Source: Geosiphon pyriformis uo1 (lineage: Eukaryota > Fungi > Glomeromycota). Taken from it: a DNA stretch of 64,000 nucleotides. The stretch is from assembly GCA_016748015.1 (NCBI GenBank), contig JAAOMT010000230.1:62001-126000 (forward strand), written 5' to 3'. Position 1 is the stretch's first letter; every line of letters starts with the position of its first letter. The position numbers and the translations under genes are program-made. This document shows positions 38,664 to 50,025 of the stretch, piece by piece. Under the pieces are notes generated by a model. It worked only from the letters and a program-made list of their open reading frames with translations, was not told the origin of the DNA and did not search any database.

Positions 38664-38807
38664 TATAAAATTTGAGTGAGAAAATAGATTGAAATTATTT
38701 TTGGTATGTGGATTTTTATGTTATTTTTGTTTTTTAGTGTGTTTTGTTTTGTTTTTGTTTTTGTGAAATTATTTTTAAATTATAAGGGAATAATTAGTAA
38801 AATTAAA

Positions 38808-40182
38808 TTAAGTGTTCAAGTTGGAAGATTGTTCAATGACAACTATTGGTTCTAAGTTTTGGGGAATATCTTCGGAATTGACTAAAGAAGAATGTATACC
38901 AATTTGTGGAATTAATAGTTCTGAAATGATAGTGTTTTAAACAATCTCCATGTGCAACTTTTGCTAAGATTTTGTCATCAAGTCTTAACTTGTATGATCC
39001 ATTGCCTAGTATTTCATGGATAAAGAATGGTCCATTCCATTTATTTTCAAATTTTCCACTCCATTATTTTTCAGCTTTAGTTCTGTATAGAAAAACTTTG
39101 TTTTCAACTTTAAAATCATTGGTAACTGGAGGCAATTTGTTGTTATGCTATTCTTTTTGTTGAGTTTAGAAGTGTTCAATATGGGTGGCTGCTATTCATT
39201 ATTTTCTTTTCAATGTGCTGAAAAGTGTATAGGCTCTTCATTAAAGCATTTCCTGGAAATTGTTTTTATTAATTGGTTGTGCTGGGTATGTTTCTACTAT
39301 GAAACTAATTGGTAATGTTGCTGTCCTTCCATAAGTTTAATCAAATAGTGTGTGTTTTGTGGTATCTTGTTTTAGTGTTCTGTATGCTAATAACACTGAT
39401 GGAATAAAGATATTCCATTCTTGCTCAAAATTGGTTGAGACTTTGGCTAATGACTTACACAATGTTCTGTTAAAACGTTCTACAAGTCTGTTTGTTTGTA
39501 GATGGTAGGGCAAAGACAGAGGTCTTTTGACATTGAATCGTTCACAAATTTCTTGTATCAGGTTGTTCACAAAGTGTGTCCCCTGATCGGATAAAAGTTC
39601 AATTGAACATCCATGTCTACAAATGATGTCTTTGTAGATGAAATTTACTACTGACTTCACATCTGCTCATTGAATGGCTCTGGCTTTGGGCCATTTAGTA
39701 AAATAGTTTACAGCTACTGCAATATAATGGTTTCCTTGAGTGGTAATAGATAGTGGTCCGACTAAATCAATACCAATTCGGTCAAAGAGTTGTTCAACTT
39801 TGATTGGATTTAATGGTTTAGTAGAGCATGTTTCTTTTCTTCTTTAACAACTATCACAAGATTCGACATATTTGTGAATGTCTTTTCTCATTCGAGGCCA
39901 AAAGTAGTATTCTAGTGTTCTTTGGGTGGTGCTGTCTTTTCCGAAGTGTACTGATGAAGGATCTGAGTGCATGTTATATAATATAGTCTCTTTTTTCTGT
40001 TCTTGTATTAATCTGAGTGGTTTGTCTGGGTTTTTGAAATTTCGATGATAAATAATGTTGTTGTGTAGAAAATATTGTTTGACTTGTTGTTGTAATTGAT
40101 GTTTTTCATCTGGAGACCAATCTGTTGGGATTGTTAATGTTTCCAAATATTGTTTAAGATTGTTGTAGTTTTCCGAATTTAT
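38808..40182 (-). pseudogene. Copy C integrase
   Basis: HSDPSSVHFGK..CDSC, IDLVGP, SDQGTHF, QTNRLVERFN, WNGPF, EPIVVI. Confidence 0.9.
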
Positions 40183-40233
40183 TGTTTGTTGGCTGTTTTG
40201 GTTGGTTAAGTTGAGTGTTGGTTTTTGTGTTTT

Positions 40234-41650
40234 CTAATCTTGTCTCATTCTGGAGAGACAGTCAACATTGGTGTGAAGTTTTTCTGGTTTGTGATGTACT
40301 ATGTATTGATAGTTTGCTAGAAATCCTGTCCATTAGGTTTGTTTTGTGTTCAGCTGAGTATTTTTGTTCTGAAGCCATTTGAGTCCAATATTATCAGTAA
40401 TAATATCGAATTCCTTTGGCCGGAAATAAAGATTGAAATGGTGTAGGGCCCAAATTACAGCTGCTGTTTCCAATTCAGTGGCAGGATAATTTTTTTCAGC
40501 TGGTTTTAATGTTCTGCTAGCATAGGCGATTACTTGCTCATTTCTATTGTCATCCAATTGTAATAGAATAGCACCAAAGGCAGTATAAAAGGCATCTGTT
40601 GCTAGTTGGAATCAGTTGCTGAAATCTGGATAGGTGAAAATTGGAGCTGTTGTTAGTTTTTCTTTGAGGATTTCAAATGCATTTTGGCATTCAGCAGTCC
40701 ATTTGTATTTGATGTTTTTGGTGGTAAGCTGGTTGAGAGATTTTGCGATTTCTGAGAATTTTTTGATAAACTTCCAATAGTAGGAGGCTAACCCTATGAA
40801 TCCTCTTAGTTCTGTAGTGTTTCGTGGAGTTTTGAAGTTTTTGACAGCACTGATTTTTTCAGGGTCTAGTTTGATTCCATCTTTACTAATGATATGACCA
40901 AAGAAGGCCAAGCTTGTTTTTTCAAAGTAGCATTTTTTGATGTTGAGTTTTAGTCCTGTTTTTCGTAATCATTGAAAAACTTCTTGCAAATGTTTTAAGT
41001 GTAATTCGAATGATAGAAAATAAACATCAGTATCATCAAGATAAACGACTACTGACTTCCAAAGGAGTCCTTGGTACACAACATCCATTAATCTCTGAAA
41101 TGTTGCTGGTGCATTGCATAATCCAAAAGGCATTACATTAAACTCGTAATTTCCGCCTTGGGTGGTAAATGCTGTTTTGGGGTGATCTTTGGGATCCATG
41201 ACAACTTGTTAGTAACTGCTTTCTAAATCTAGTGTTGAAAAGTATTTGGATTTTCCAAGAGCATCTAACATGTCATCAATTCGGGGAAGGGGGTAGGCAT
41301 CTCCAATTGTAACACTGTTGAGTTGTCAATAGTCAACACAAAATCATATCTTTCTATTTTTTTTTAACTAACACTACAGGTGAAGCCCAAAGACTTATGG
41401 AGGATTGGATAAGCCCATTATTAAGCATTCATTGTACTTCTTCTCGGATGAATTGGTGGCTTTCTGGAGCAACTCGGTAGGCTTGTTGTTGCCTTGGTTT
41501 GGCATCTTCTGTGTAGATTTGATGTTGAACCAAATCGGTTCTTCTTAAGTTATTGTTGTTTTTGGCAAAGATATTAGCAAATTCTGCAATTAGTTCTTTG
41601 AGCTGGTTTTGTTGTTGTGGTTCAAGTTGTCCCATGTTGATTTGAGATAG
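40234..41650 (-). pseudogene. Copy C RT + RNase H
   Basis: MPFGLCNAPATFQR, YLDD, IAYASR, ELETAAV, CLSRMRQD* (TAG at 40234-40236). Confidence 0.92.
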
Positions 41651-42065
41651 TTTTTCCATGACAACATGGTAGTTTTCAGAGCTGGGGTTTGACTTTTGGT
41701 AGTGAATGTCCAATAATTTCAGAGAGATTAAGGACTGTTTGGGGTAATTCTTGTTAAAATATATTACTGTGAATAACTCCAATTTCTAAATTATTTAATA
41801 AAACTATGGGGTAATTATTGGAGTTGTAAAAAGTAATTCAGACTTTCTTTGTTCCTTCTGGAATATAAATGTTTGGGATCGAAATATTATGTTCCAAGCA
41901 GACTTGTTCATTGGACTCAAAAATTTGTTGTGTGGTTGTTGGCTTTAGGCAGGTGTAGATTTCCAGGTGTTCTCCAAAGAGTGAGATGGTAATTGGTTGT
42001 GGAAGTCTGAGAATCTGGTGGGATTCATTTTGTGTGTTAAGAGCTATATTAACTGGAACTGTGAA

Positions 42066-42468
42066 TCATTCAGTTGAACCAAAACCTTGGGTTCCTTTAT
42101 TGCTTTTTCCTAATTGTTCTCTTTGATTGACTAGTTGCAAACCTGAAATGTTGATTAGGAGTAGGTAAATAGCTTGGGCAATTTTTTCAGCATGTTCGAT
42201 CTTGAATGGTTTGTCAGTTTTATTTTGAAGCATCACTATAATGTCTCCAGTATATTCAGCATCGATTATTCCTTCTCTGACATTGATTTTTTTACTTGCC
42301 AGAGAGGACCGGGAGGCAATTTGAACCATTGCTCCTGGTGGAATTTCGAGTGCAATTTTGAGGTTGATTTTTGTGAGAGATTTGGGTTTGAGAACAAGAG
42401 TATCCTTGTCTGGATATCTTAGGTCATATCCAGCATCAATTTCGTGTGCTTTTTCAGGTTTTATTCCT
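42066..42468 (-). pseudogene. dut: Copy C dUTPase domain
   Basis: Motifs AGYDL, SRSS, GIIDAEYTG, KIAQ, KGTQGFGST. Confidence 0.93.
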
Positions 42469-44767
42469 TGTCTGTTGTTGTCAAAGTATTTGAGTTGTAA
42501 GGCAGGCTGATTTTCAATAAGATAGATAGGTATTGTTTCAATTTCTTCCGTTGCTTCAGGTTCTCCAAATTCAATTTTGTTCTCATCACTTTTGCTGGGC
42601 AAGAGGATGCTAAGAGCGTAGCATTCAGAACACCACTGTTTATCACAAAGCATAATGCATTCTTCACATAGCCTAATGTTCATTTGCTCTAATTGGTGAA
42701 TTTGAGCTTCTTGAGTTGGATAGGTGTGACTTGCAATTTGGTGGTAGACTTTTACTTCATCTTCGTAATTGAATCCAGCTAATTCCATGGTGTATTCAAT
42801 GTATTCTGCTTCCTTCATTTGACAAACATCTTCTTTGGTAGCTTCATTAATTAATGCCATTGCTAGGTCGAAAATCATCTCAGCATCATGGGAGTAGTGA
42901 TAAAGTTTGTTGAGAGCACTGTTGTATGCTGCATTAAAGAGTGTTCTTCTTTTGACTTTTTCTGAAATTGATAAAACATATTGGCAGGTTTGATCACAGA
43001 CTCCTCCTCTCATTGCTACATCAATCTAATTGCATTCTTCTGGTAGCATATCTCCACAAGTCAAACAAGGGGTATTGTTCTATTTTCCGCTTCTTTTTAT
43101 TAGATGGCCTCATTGTTCTCTGTGGCAAGCCTTGCAGTAATAACAAGTATGACTTTTATATTCTTCTTCAGGTAAAATGCAGGCTCCCATTGACGATAGT
43201 TTCTTGTAACAGTTCTTATATTTAAGGGGAATGTAGGGGCATTGTTTCCTTGGTTCAGGCTTTGAGTAAGAGATATTCTATCCAGAGGTTTCGAGTTCAG
43301 AGTGTAGGGTAAAATGTTCTTGTTCAGTTTCATCAGCCCAATTGGACATTGATCCAAGAGCCATGAATGTTTTGATTATTGGTTTTTTTTTCTGGCTCGA
43401 ATTCAAAAGCCGGGGCTTTTTCGGAGCATTTGTTAAATGTTCCACAAGTGGCAGGTACTCGGGCATGTTGTCCTTGGTAAGAGATTTGTAGTTCTTGGGT
43501 TTCTTAGTCTAATTTCACATTGGCTTTTTGGAGCCAATCATTTCCGACAAGAGCTTGATACTGGGGCGCATCCATTATAAGAACTTTAACTGAAATAGTA
43601 ATTTCATCAAGAGTGAATGGAAAATTGTCAATTTCTCCTACTGGAGTTTTTTTCATGTTATCGGCAGTAACAATTACTGTTTGAGCTGGTCAGTCGACAT
43701 TTCTCTTTAACTGTTGTATTAACTGGTAGATAATAATGCTTCCAGTGGATCCATTGTCTAGAATCAAGCGAATTGCCTTTCCTTCAACTTCTGCTTTAGT
43801 GTACATAGCCATAATTGCTTTTTGTTTATTGGTGGCTGCATTGCTAAGCAGGAATAGTGACTCATTTGCTTCGAACTCAAAAGGGAATATATCTGAAAGA
43901 TTGGCATTTTCAGCAATTCTGGCTGGTGGGATTGTGGTGGGAGTATAAGAAGGGTTTTGTTGTTGTTGTGCTGCAGCTCTACCTTCTGAGAGTGCAATAT
44001 GGTGAAAATTCTGTTCTTCTGGCATTGTTAAATAACTGGGTTGAGTGTGATAGTGGTTGGGTTTTGGTTGAGTGGAATTTTGGGGAACCAATTGGTTGTT
44101 TGAACTGATTCTATTGTTGTTTACTTGGTATTGGTTTTATGATGTGAACTGATTTTGTGTAATCAGTCTTCGAGCAGGTACTTGATAATGTTATGTGGGT
44201 GGTTGTTGGTATTGCTGTTGGATTGGCTGTGGGGCAGGCTAATAATAGTTACTTTGATATTGGAGTCTTGGTAGATAGTAAGCTGGTAGTGATGGTTGAT
44301 AATAAGATTGCTGTGGTGGAGGGTAATGTTGATTACTCCTATTTTGTTGGTCTCATTGTAGCTTTCTGCAATCTCTTTTTCAGTGGCCAGAGATTCCACA
44401 GTAATGGCAATTTTGAGGCTGGTTATTAGAAAGTGGTGCAAAGTTATTTTGATTTCGTCTTTGGGGTGGTTGATATTTTTGGAATTGCTGTTGTTGTTGA
44501 TTGGTGAAATAGTTTTCAACTTTCTTTGTGAGTTGGTCAATTTTTTTCTCAGCTGCTGAGCTGGTTTTTCTAATTGCCAAATTTACAAGTTTTGTGCAAT
44601 TGGCCTCTTTTATGGCTATTTCATATCTTTTTGCATGCTGTATGACAGAGTTTAAATCTTCTGGGGCATGTGGATAAACCTTTTTAATTAGTTTATCTTT
44701 TAGACCAGCAATAAATTGATCCAAGATTTGAGCATTGGAATAATAATCATTTGTTTCGAGTTGGCAA
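42469..44767 (-). pseudogene. Copy C gag C-terminal half, protease and Cys-rich domain (gag N-terminal half at 54936-56018)
   Basis: DQFIAGL, CHYCGISGH, LILDNGS, CDQTC, CEEC..CSEC. Confidence 0.87.
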
Positions 44768-45673
44768 TGTTACAGGTGATTATTTCTGCGGTTGAATTAA
44801 ATAATGAACCCATAACTTGGTGCTCAAAAGCTATTTCCATTGATGATGTTCTGTAAGTGTTGTATTTGAAGGTTTTGATGGGTCTGAAGATTTTGGTTGA
44901 GTTCTTTGTATAATGGACAGAGATTCAATAGTGTCAATAATAGATGTATTTTTCCAAGAGTTTTCCCAATTTTTTTCTTAGCGTGGTGGCCAGATTTAGT
45001 CTGGCAGTTGTGCCCTTCTAGTAAGCTATCCGATAATATATAAAATTCTACTCTTATTTCTGGGTCTTTTACCAGGCTATCCTTGATGTCAATAACTCAG
45101 CACTTAATCCTTTTAATCAGTTAGTATACAATAACAAATCAAAATAAAATAAAGAAAAAGAAAATAAAAAAAATAAAGAAAGAAAGAAATAAGCCAAGGC
45201 GATTTTGCAGATTAGTATCCCGTCAATAGCCGTGATCAAGAGCTATTGTTTCAGTGTGGTTAAGTATCAATTACTATCAACATAAAGTGTTGATAGTGAA
45301 GAGTGAGTTGAGATATGGAATATTTATTTATTTGATGATTGTGTTTTCTAGGCTAAAAATTCTGTGATATCAATTCTGTCTTTTCTGTTTCTAACACTAC
45401 TGCTATATATACATAATTGAAATTCCTCAATTCCTCGATTCTTCACGACAGGAATCTTGGAATTCCTGGAATCCTGCGATTCCTTTAAGAGGAATTCTGG
45501 AATCCTGGAATCCTACAATTCCTCGTCGGGAATCCTGAAATTCCTGGAATTCTGCAATTCCTGAGAAGAATCCTGGAATTCCACATTTACTATGCTTACT
45601 TCTGATTGGCTAATAATTATGCTAATATATTTTCTATATTTCTATAAGTAACATTATTCCCTCCTTTTTAATA

Positions 45674-46327
45674 TTAAGCTCCGTCAAAATCTAACTCGTG
45701 TAATTTCCCTTCTTGAAGTATTTCCTGGATTTCGTTTTCGAGAATTACTTGTGTTATTTGGGTCTGTAATTCTTCAAATTGAGCATTGGTGATTTTTCCC
45801 AATTGATTACTGGTAACCATATTCATTGCTCTGTTGCATAATATTTCTGGTTTATCTTGAAATGCTGTGTGTATTTAGTATATGGCTCGAGCTTATGTGG
45901 ATAAGTTGTTTTTTCCCACAAAATGTCCTAATTGTTGTAGTATTTTTTTGTTGAATAATTGCTTTGTTTTATCCATATATAGATTCTGAATATTTACATG
46001 TTGTCCCAAGTAGAAATAACAATAGTTTCGTGGGAATTGTTGTATCCATCAATTCCAAGTTTTTTTAGTCAATTCTTGATATAGTGACTCTTTTGTCGAT
46101 TCTTTTATTGCTAATTTTACTTTCGCCATGATTTTGTTCACAGTATTTTCAGTTTTCTTCTGTGTTCTGAATTGAAATGTTTTTCTAGTATCTTGATATC
46201 GAATGGTTTGTTAATTGATTGTAATCTCCATTTTCTGGTGTTGGATTAATTGAAAGAGTTGTTGTGCTAGTGAGTGAATGTTGTTTGTAATTTCCATTTT
46301 TCTGATATTTCCTGTCACGTCTACCAT
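45674..46327 (-). pseudogene. Copy E ORF3 (a few premature stops)
   Basis: MEITNNIHSLAQQL..YCYFYLGQH..ARAIY*IHTAF..QLGKITNAQFEELQTQITQVILE; aligns with ORF3 of C. Confidence 0.8.
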
Positions 46328-46351
46328 GTCTTTATATATTCTTTTGATGGA

Positions 46352-47734
46352 TCAATTTAACATGTTGTTGTCGATAATAATGATTGGTTTCAGATCTCGT
46401 GGAATTTCATCTGGTTGGACTAGTATTCTTTGTACTCCTAATTGTGAAATATTACTGGTAGATGGTAGTGTGATGTTGTGATATGATTTCAGTTGATCTC
46501 CATGTGCTGCTTTGGTTAAAATTTTGTTATCTAATCTTAATTTGTAAGCTCCATTTCCTAGAATTTCTTCTATGTGAAATGGTCCGTCCCATTTGGGGTC
46601 AAATTTTCCACTCCATTGTTTTTCCACTTTGGTACAATATAGTAATACTTTGTCTCCAATCTTGAATTTAACTGGTTTGTCTGGTAGTTGACTATCATGT
46701 CTTTCTTTCTGTGTTTCTTGTAACTTTTGGATATTATCAGCTGCTCTTCTTTGTTTGTTTTTCAATGTTTCCATTAAGTCATATGTTCTTCTCAGCAATG
46801 TTTCTTGAAAATTTTCCTCTGTTATTGGTTCAGCTGGATATGTGTTAATTTCTCTCTCTACTGGTAACGTTGCTATTCTCCCGTATACTAATTCAAATGG
46901 TGTTGCTTGTATAGTATCTTGTTTCATTGTCCGATAAGCAAATAGTACTGATGGTATGAACAAATCCCAATCATTCTGGTTTTCTTGGCTGAGCTTGGCT
47001 ATTGCTTCACACAATGTTCTGTTGAATCTTTCTACTAATCCGTTGGTTTGTGGATGGTATAGTGATGATAATGGTCTCTTGATTCCGAATCTTTGGCTCA
47101 ATTCTGTTAATGTTCTGTTCACAAAATGAGTTCCTTGATCTGATAATAATTCTTTTGGACATCCATGTTGACAAATCAAATCCTGATAAATGAATTCGGC
47201 AACAGATTCTGCATCCGCTCTTTGAATTGCTTTCGCTTCTGGCCATTTAGTGAGATAGTCCATAGCTACTGCTATGTATCTGTTTCCTCTACTGGTGATT
47301 GTTAATGGTCCGATTAAATCAATTCCCATATGGTCAAATAGTTGTCCCACTTTGATTGATCTTAATGGTTCACTGGGTCTTGTTCCTCCTTTTTGCTGAC
47401 AAGCATCACAATTTTAAACATATTGAATGATGTCTGGGTACATTGATGGCCAATAGTATCTTTTTCTAGTTCTTTCCATGGTTGCTTTTTTGTGAAAATG
47501 TCCTGCTGTTGGATTTGAGTACATGTTGAATAATATTGTCTCTTTTTCTGGCTCTGTAATTACTCTGATTGGTTGATCTGGATCTCTTCTATTTTTTCGA
47601 TAAAATATATTTTGGTAAGTAATAAAATATTTTGATTGTTGTTTGATATTCCTTCATTCCGTCTGAGATAAATTCTTCTTGAACTGTTAAGTATTTAGAT
47701 AATGTTGTAATTGTTAATATTTTTGTATGTTCAT
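46352..47734 (-). pseudogene. Copy E integrase (own ATG at 47734: MNIQKY)
   Basis: GHF..CDAC, IDLIGP, SDQGTHF, HPQTNGLVER, WDGPF. Confidence 0.92.
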
Positions 47735-47797
47735 CTTTTGTTGTATTTTTCTGTTGGTATTGTTCTGGTTTTATTATATTTTTGGGTTGAAATGTTC

Positions 47798-49200
47798 TTA
47801 GATTTGTCTTATTCATGATAAACTATCAGCATTTCCATTGTCTTTTCCCTTTTTGTAATGTATAGTATAATTGTATGGTGTGAGTGCCATTTTCCATCTT
47901 GACTGTTTTCCATCTCCAAATTCTTGTTTTTGGAGTAATGTCAATCTCTTGTGATCTGTGTATACTTCAAACTTCTGGCTCAAGTATTTTTTCCATTTCA
48001 TAATGGCCCAGTATATTGCTAAGTGTTCTTGTTCCGGTGTTCCATAGTTCTTTTCGGCTGGTGTTAAACCTCTGCTGGCATATGCTACTGGATGTTCTCT
48101 GCCATCCGGTCCTCTCTGAGATAATACTGCTCCCAATGCTTGGCCGGATGCATCAGTGGTGATGATGAATGATTTGCTGTAATCTGGATAGATCAGCACT
48201 GGAGCTTGGATAAGCTTTTTCTTCAGAATATCAAAAGCTTTTTGTTGACTTTCTGTCCATTCATATTTCGCATTTTTGTTTTGTAGTTGATTGAGTGGCT
48301 GTGCTATCTTGGAAAAGTTCTTGATAAAATGATGATAGTAGCTGGCAAACCCCAAGAATGATTTCAGTTCTGTTATATTGGTTGGTACTGGAAAGTTTTT
48401 TACTATCTCTATTTTCTCTGGATCCGTTTTGATGCCGTCTTTGCTGACTATGTGTCCCAAGAATTTGAGTTCCGTCTTGCCAAAAAAGCACTTTGTCACA
48501 TTTAGCTTCAGTCCTGCTCTTCTTAGTCTTTCGAACACTTATTGAAGATGATGAAGATGATCATCAAACATCTTTAAGAATACATTGGTGTTGTCCAAGT
48601 ATACAACTACTAATTTCCACAATAAGCCTGTATAAACAATTTCCATTAGCCATTGGAAAGTCACTGGGGCATTGGTTAAGCTGAATGGCATTACTTCAAA
48701 TTCGAAATTCCCTTCTCTAGTAGTAAATGCCGTCTTCTCTTTGTCAGCTGGATTCATGACTACTTGCCAGTAGCCACTGTCCAAATCTAATGTAGAGAAC
48801 TATTTATTCCCACCGAAAGCATTGAATAATTCCTGTATTCATGGAGTTAAATAACTGTCTCCATGAGTTACACCATTGAGTTTCCTGTAGTCCACACAAA
48901 ACCAGATTTTTCCATTTTTCTTATGGATGAGTACCACTGGTGACGACCATAGACTCATTGATGGTTGAATTAGCCCATTGTCAAGCATTCTGTTTATCTT
49001 TTGACGAATAATCTCGTGGCTGGCTGGCGGCACTTTGTATGCTCTTTGTTTGATTGGCATTGTATCTTCAGTCTTGATCTAATGCTGAATGATGTCAGTT
49101 TGGCCAAACTAATTTTTGCTGGCAAAGATGTCATTGAAATTGTTGAGTAACATCTTGAGCTGCATACATTGGAGTGGATCTAAGTTTCCCATGTTCATTT
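47798..49200 (-). pseudogene. Copy E RT + RNase H
   Basis: CVDYRKLN, DSGYWQV, YLDN, TTDASG, NGNADSLS(R)IRQI*. Confidence 0.92.
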
Positions 49201-49630
49201 GTTCCAATTGTTCTGGTTGGAGCAAATAACATTCGTCTCGTCCATAGATTGTTTGTGATGTGATGTCAACATATCCACAAAGTTGTGGAAAATCTGGAAT
49301 GGGGTTTGGTGGTTGGTCCTCTATTTCTGTGGTCAAATATCCGATGGTGGTTCCTTCTGGTTTGCTGATGACATTGCCAGTATTGTTGTAGATGGGAATT
49401 TTTATGCTGCTATAGCTTTTGGCTGATATGTGAAAATTGATCAATCCAATCTCTCTCGATTCACAAAAGGTTGTTTCCACTTCAAACATCTGTTCTTGCT
49501 CCTTTTCCTTCCTTTCTATTGCTAACATGTACTGGCTATATGATGGAATAGAAATAGCTTGACCAGTTGAGATAATTTCTCCTTGGCCAACAATTTCTTC
49601 CTCTGCCATGTTAACTGGTACATCTATTCT

Positions 49631-50025
49631 ACCTGTGGATCCGAATCCTTATATTCCTCTCGCTGTTATTCCTAATTCTTCCCTCTTTCCCACTGATACT
49701 AACTGAGTTATTCTAACCAGAGACAGGAATATTGCCTGTGCTATCTTTTCATTGGGCTCTATTACATAGGCCTTTTCTGAGTCATTTTGTAGCATAGTGA
49801 TGATATTTCTTATATATTCTGCATCAATTATTCCTCCTCTTATATTAATCTCTCTTTTCACTAAACTACTCCTAGATGCTAGTTGAACCATGGTTGTTGC
49901 TGGAATTTCTAGTGCTATTTTCAGATCAATGCAGGTGCGTGAATGTGGTTCCAATTTGATGGCATCTTTTTTTGGATATCTCAGATCAAACCCTGCATCA
50001 GTATCATGCACCCATTCTGGCATAA
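49631..50025 (-). pseudogene. dut: Copy E dUTPase domain
   Basis: DAGFDL, SRSS, GGIIDAEY, KIAQ, RGI*GFGSTG (all five dUTPase motifs). Confidence 0.93.

Noticed and set aside
47589-47816. ORF MNKTNL... as a frameshifted integrase start
   Set aside because: Its ATG is created by a CGA>TGA mutation; integrase homology is in the frame starting at 47734.
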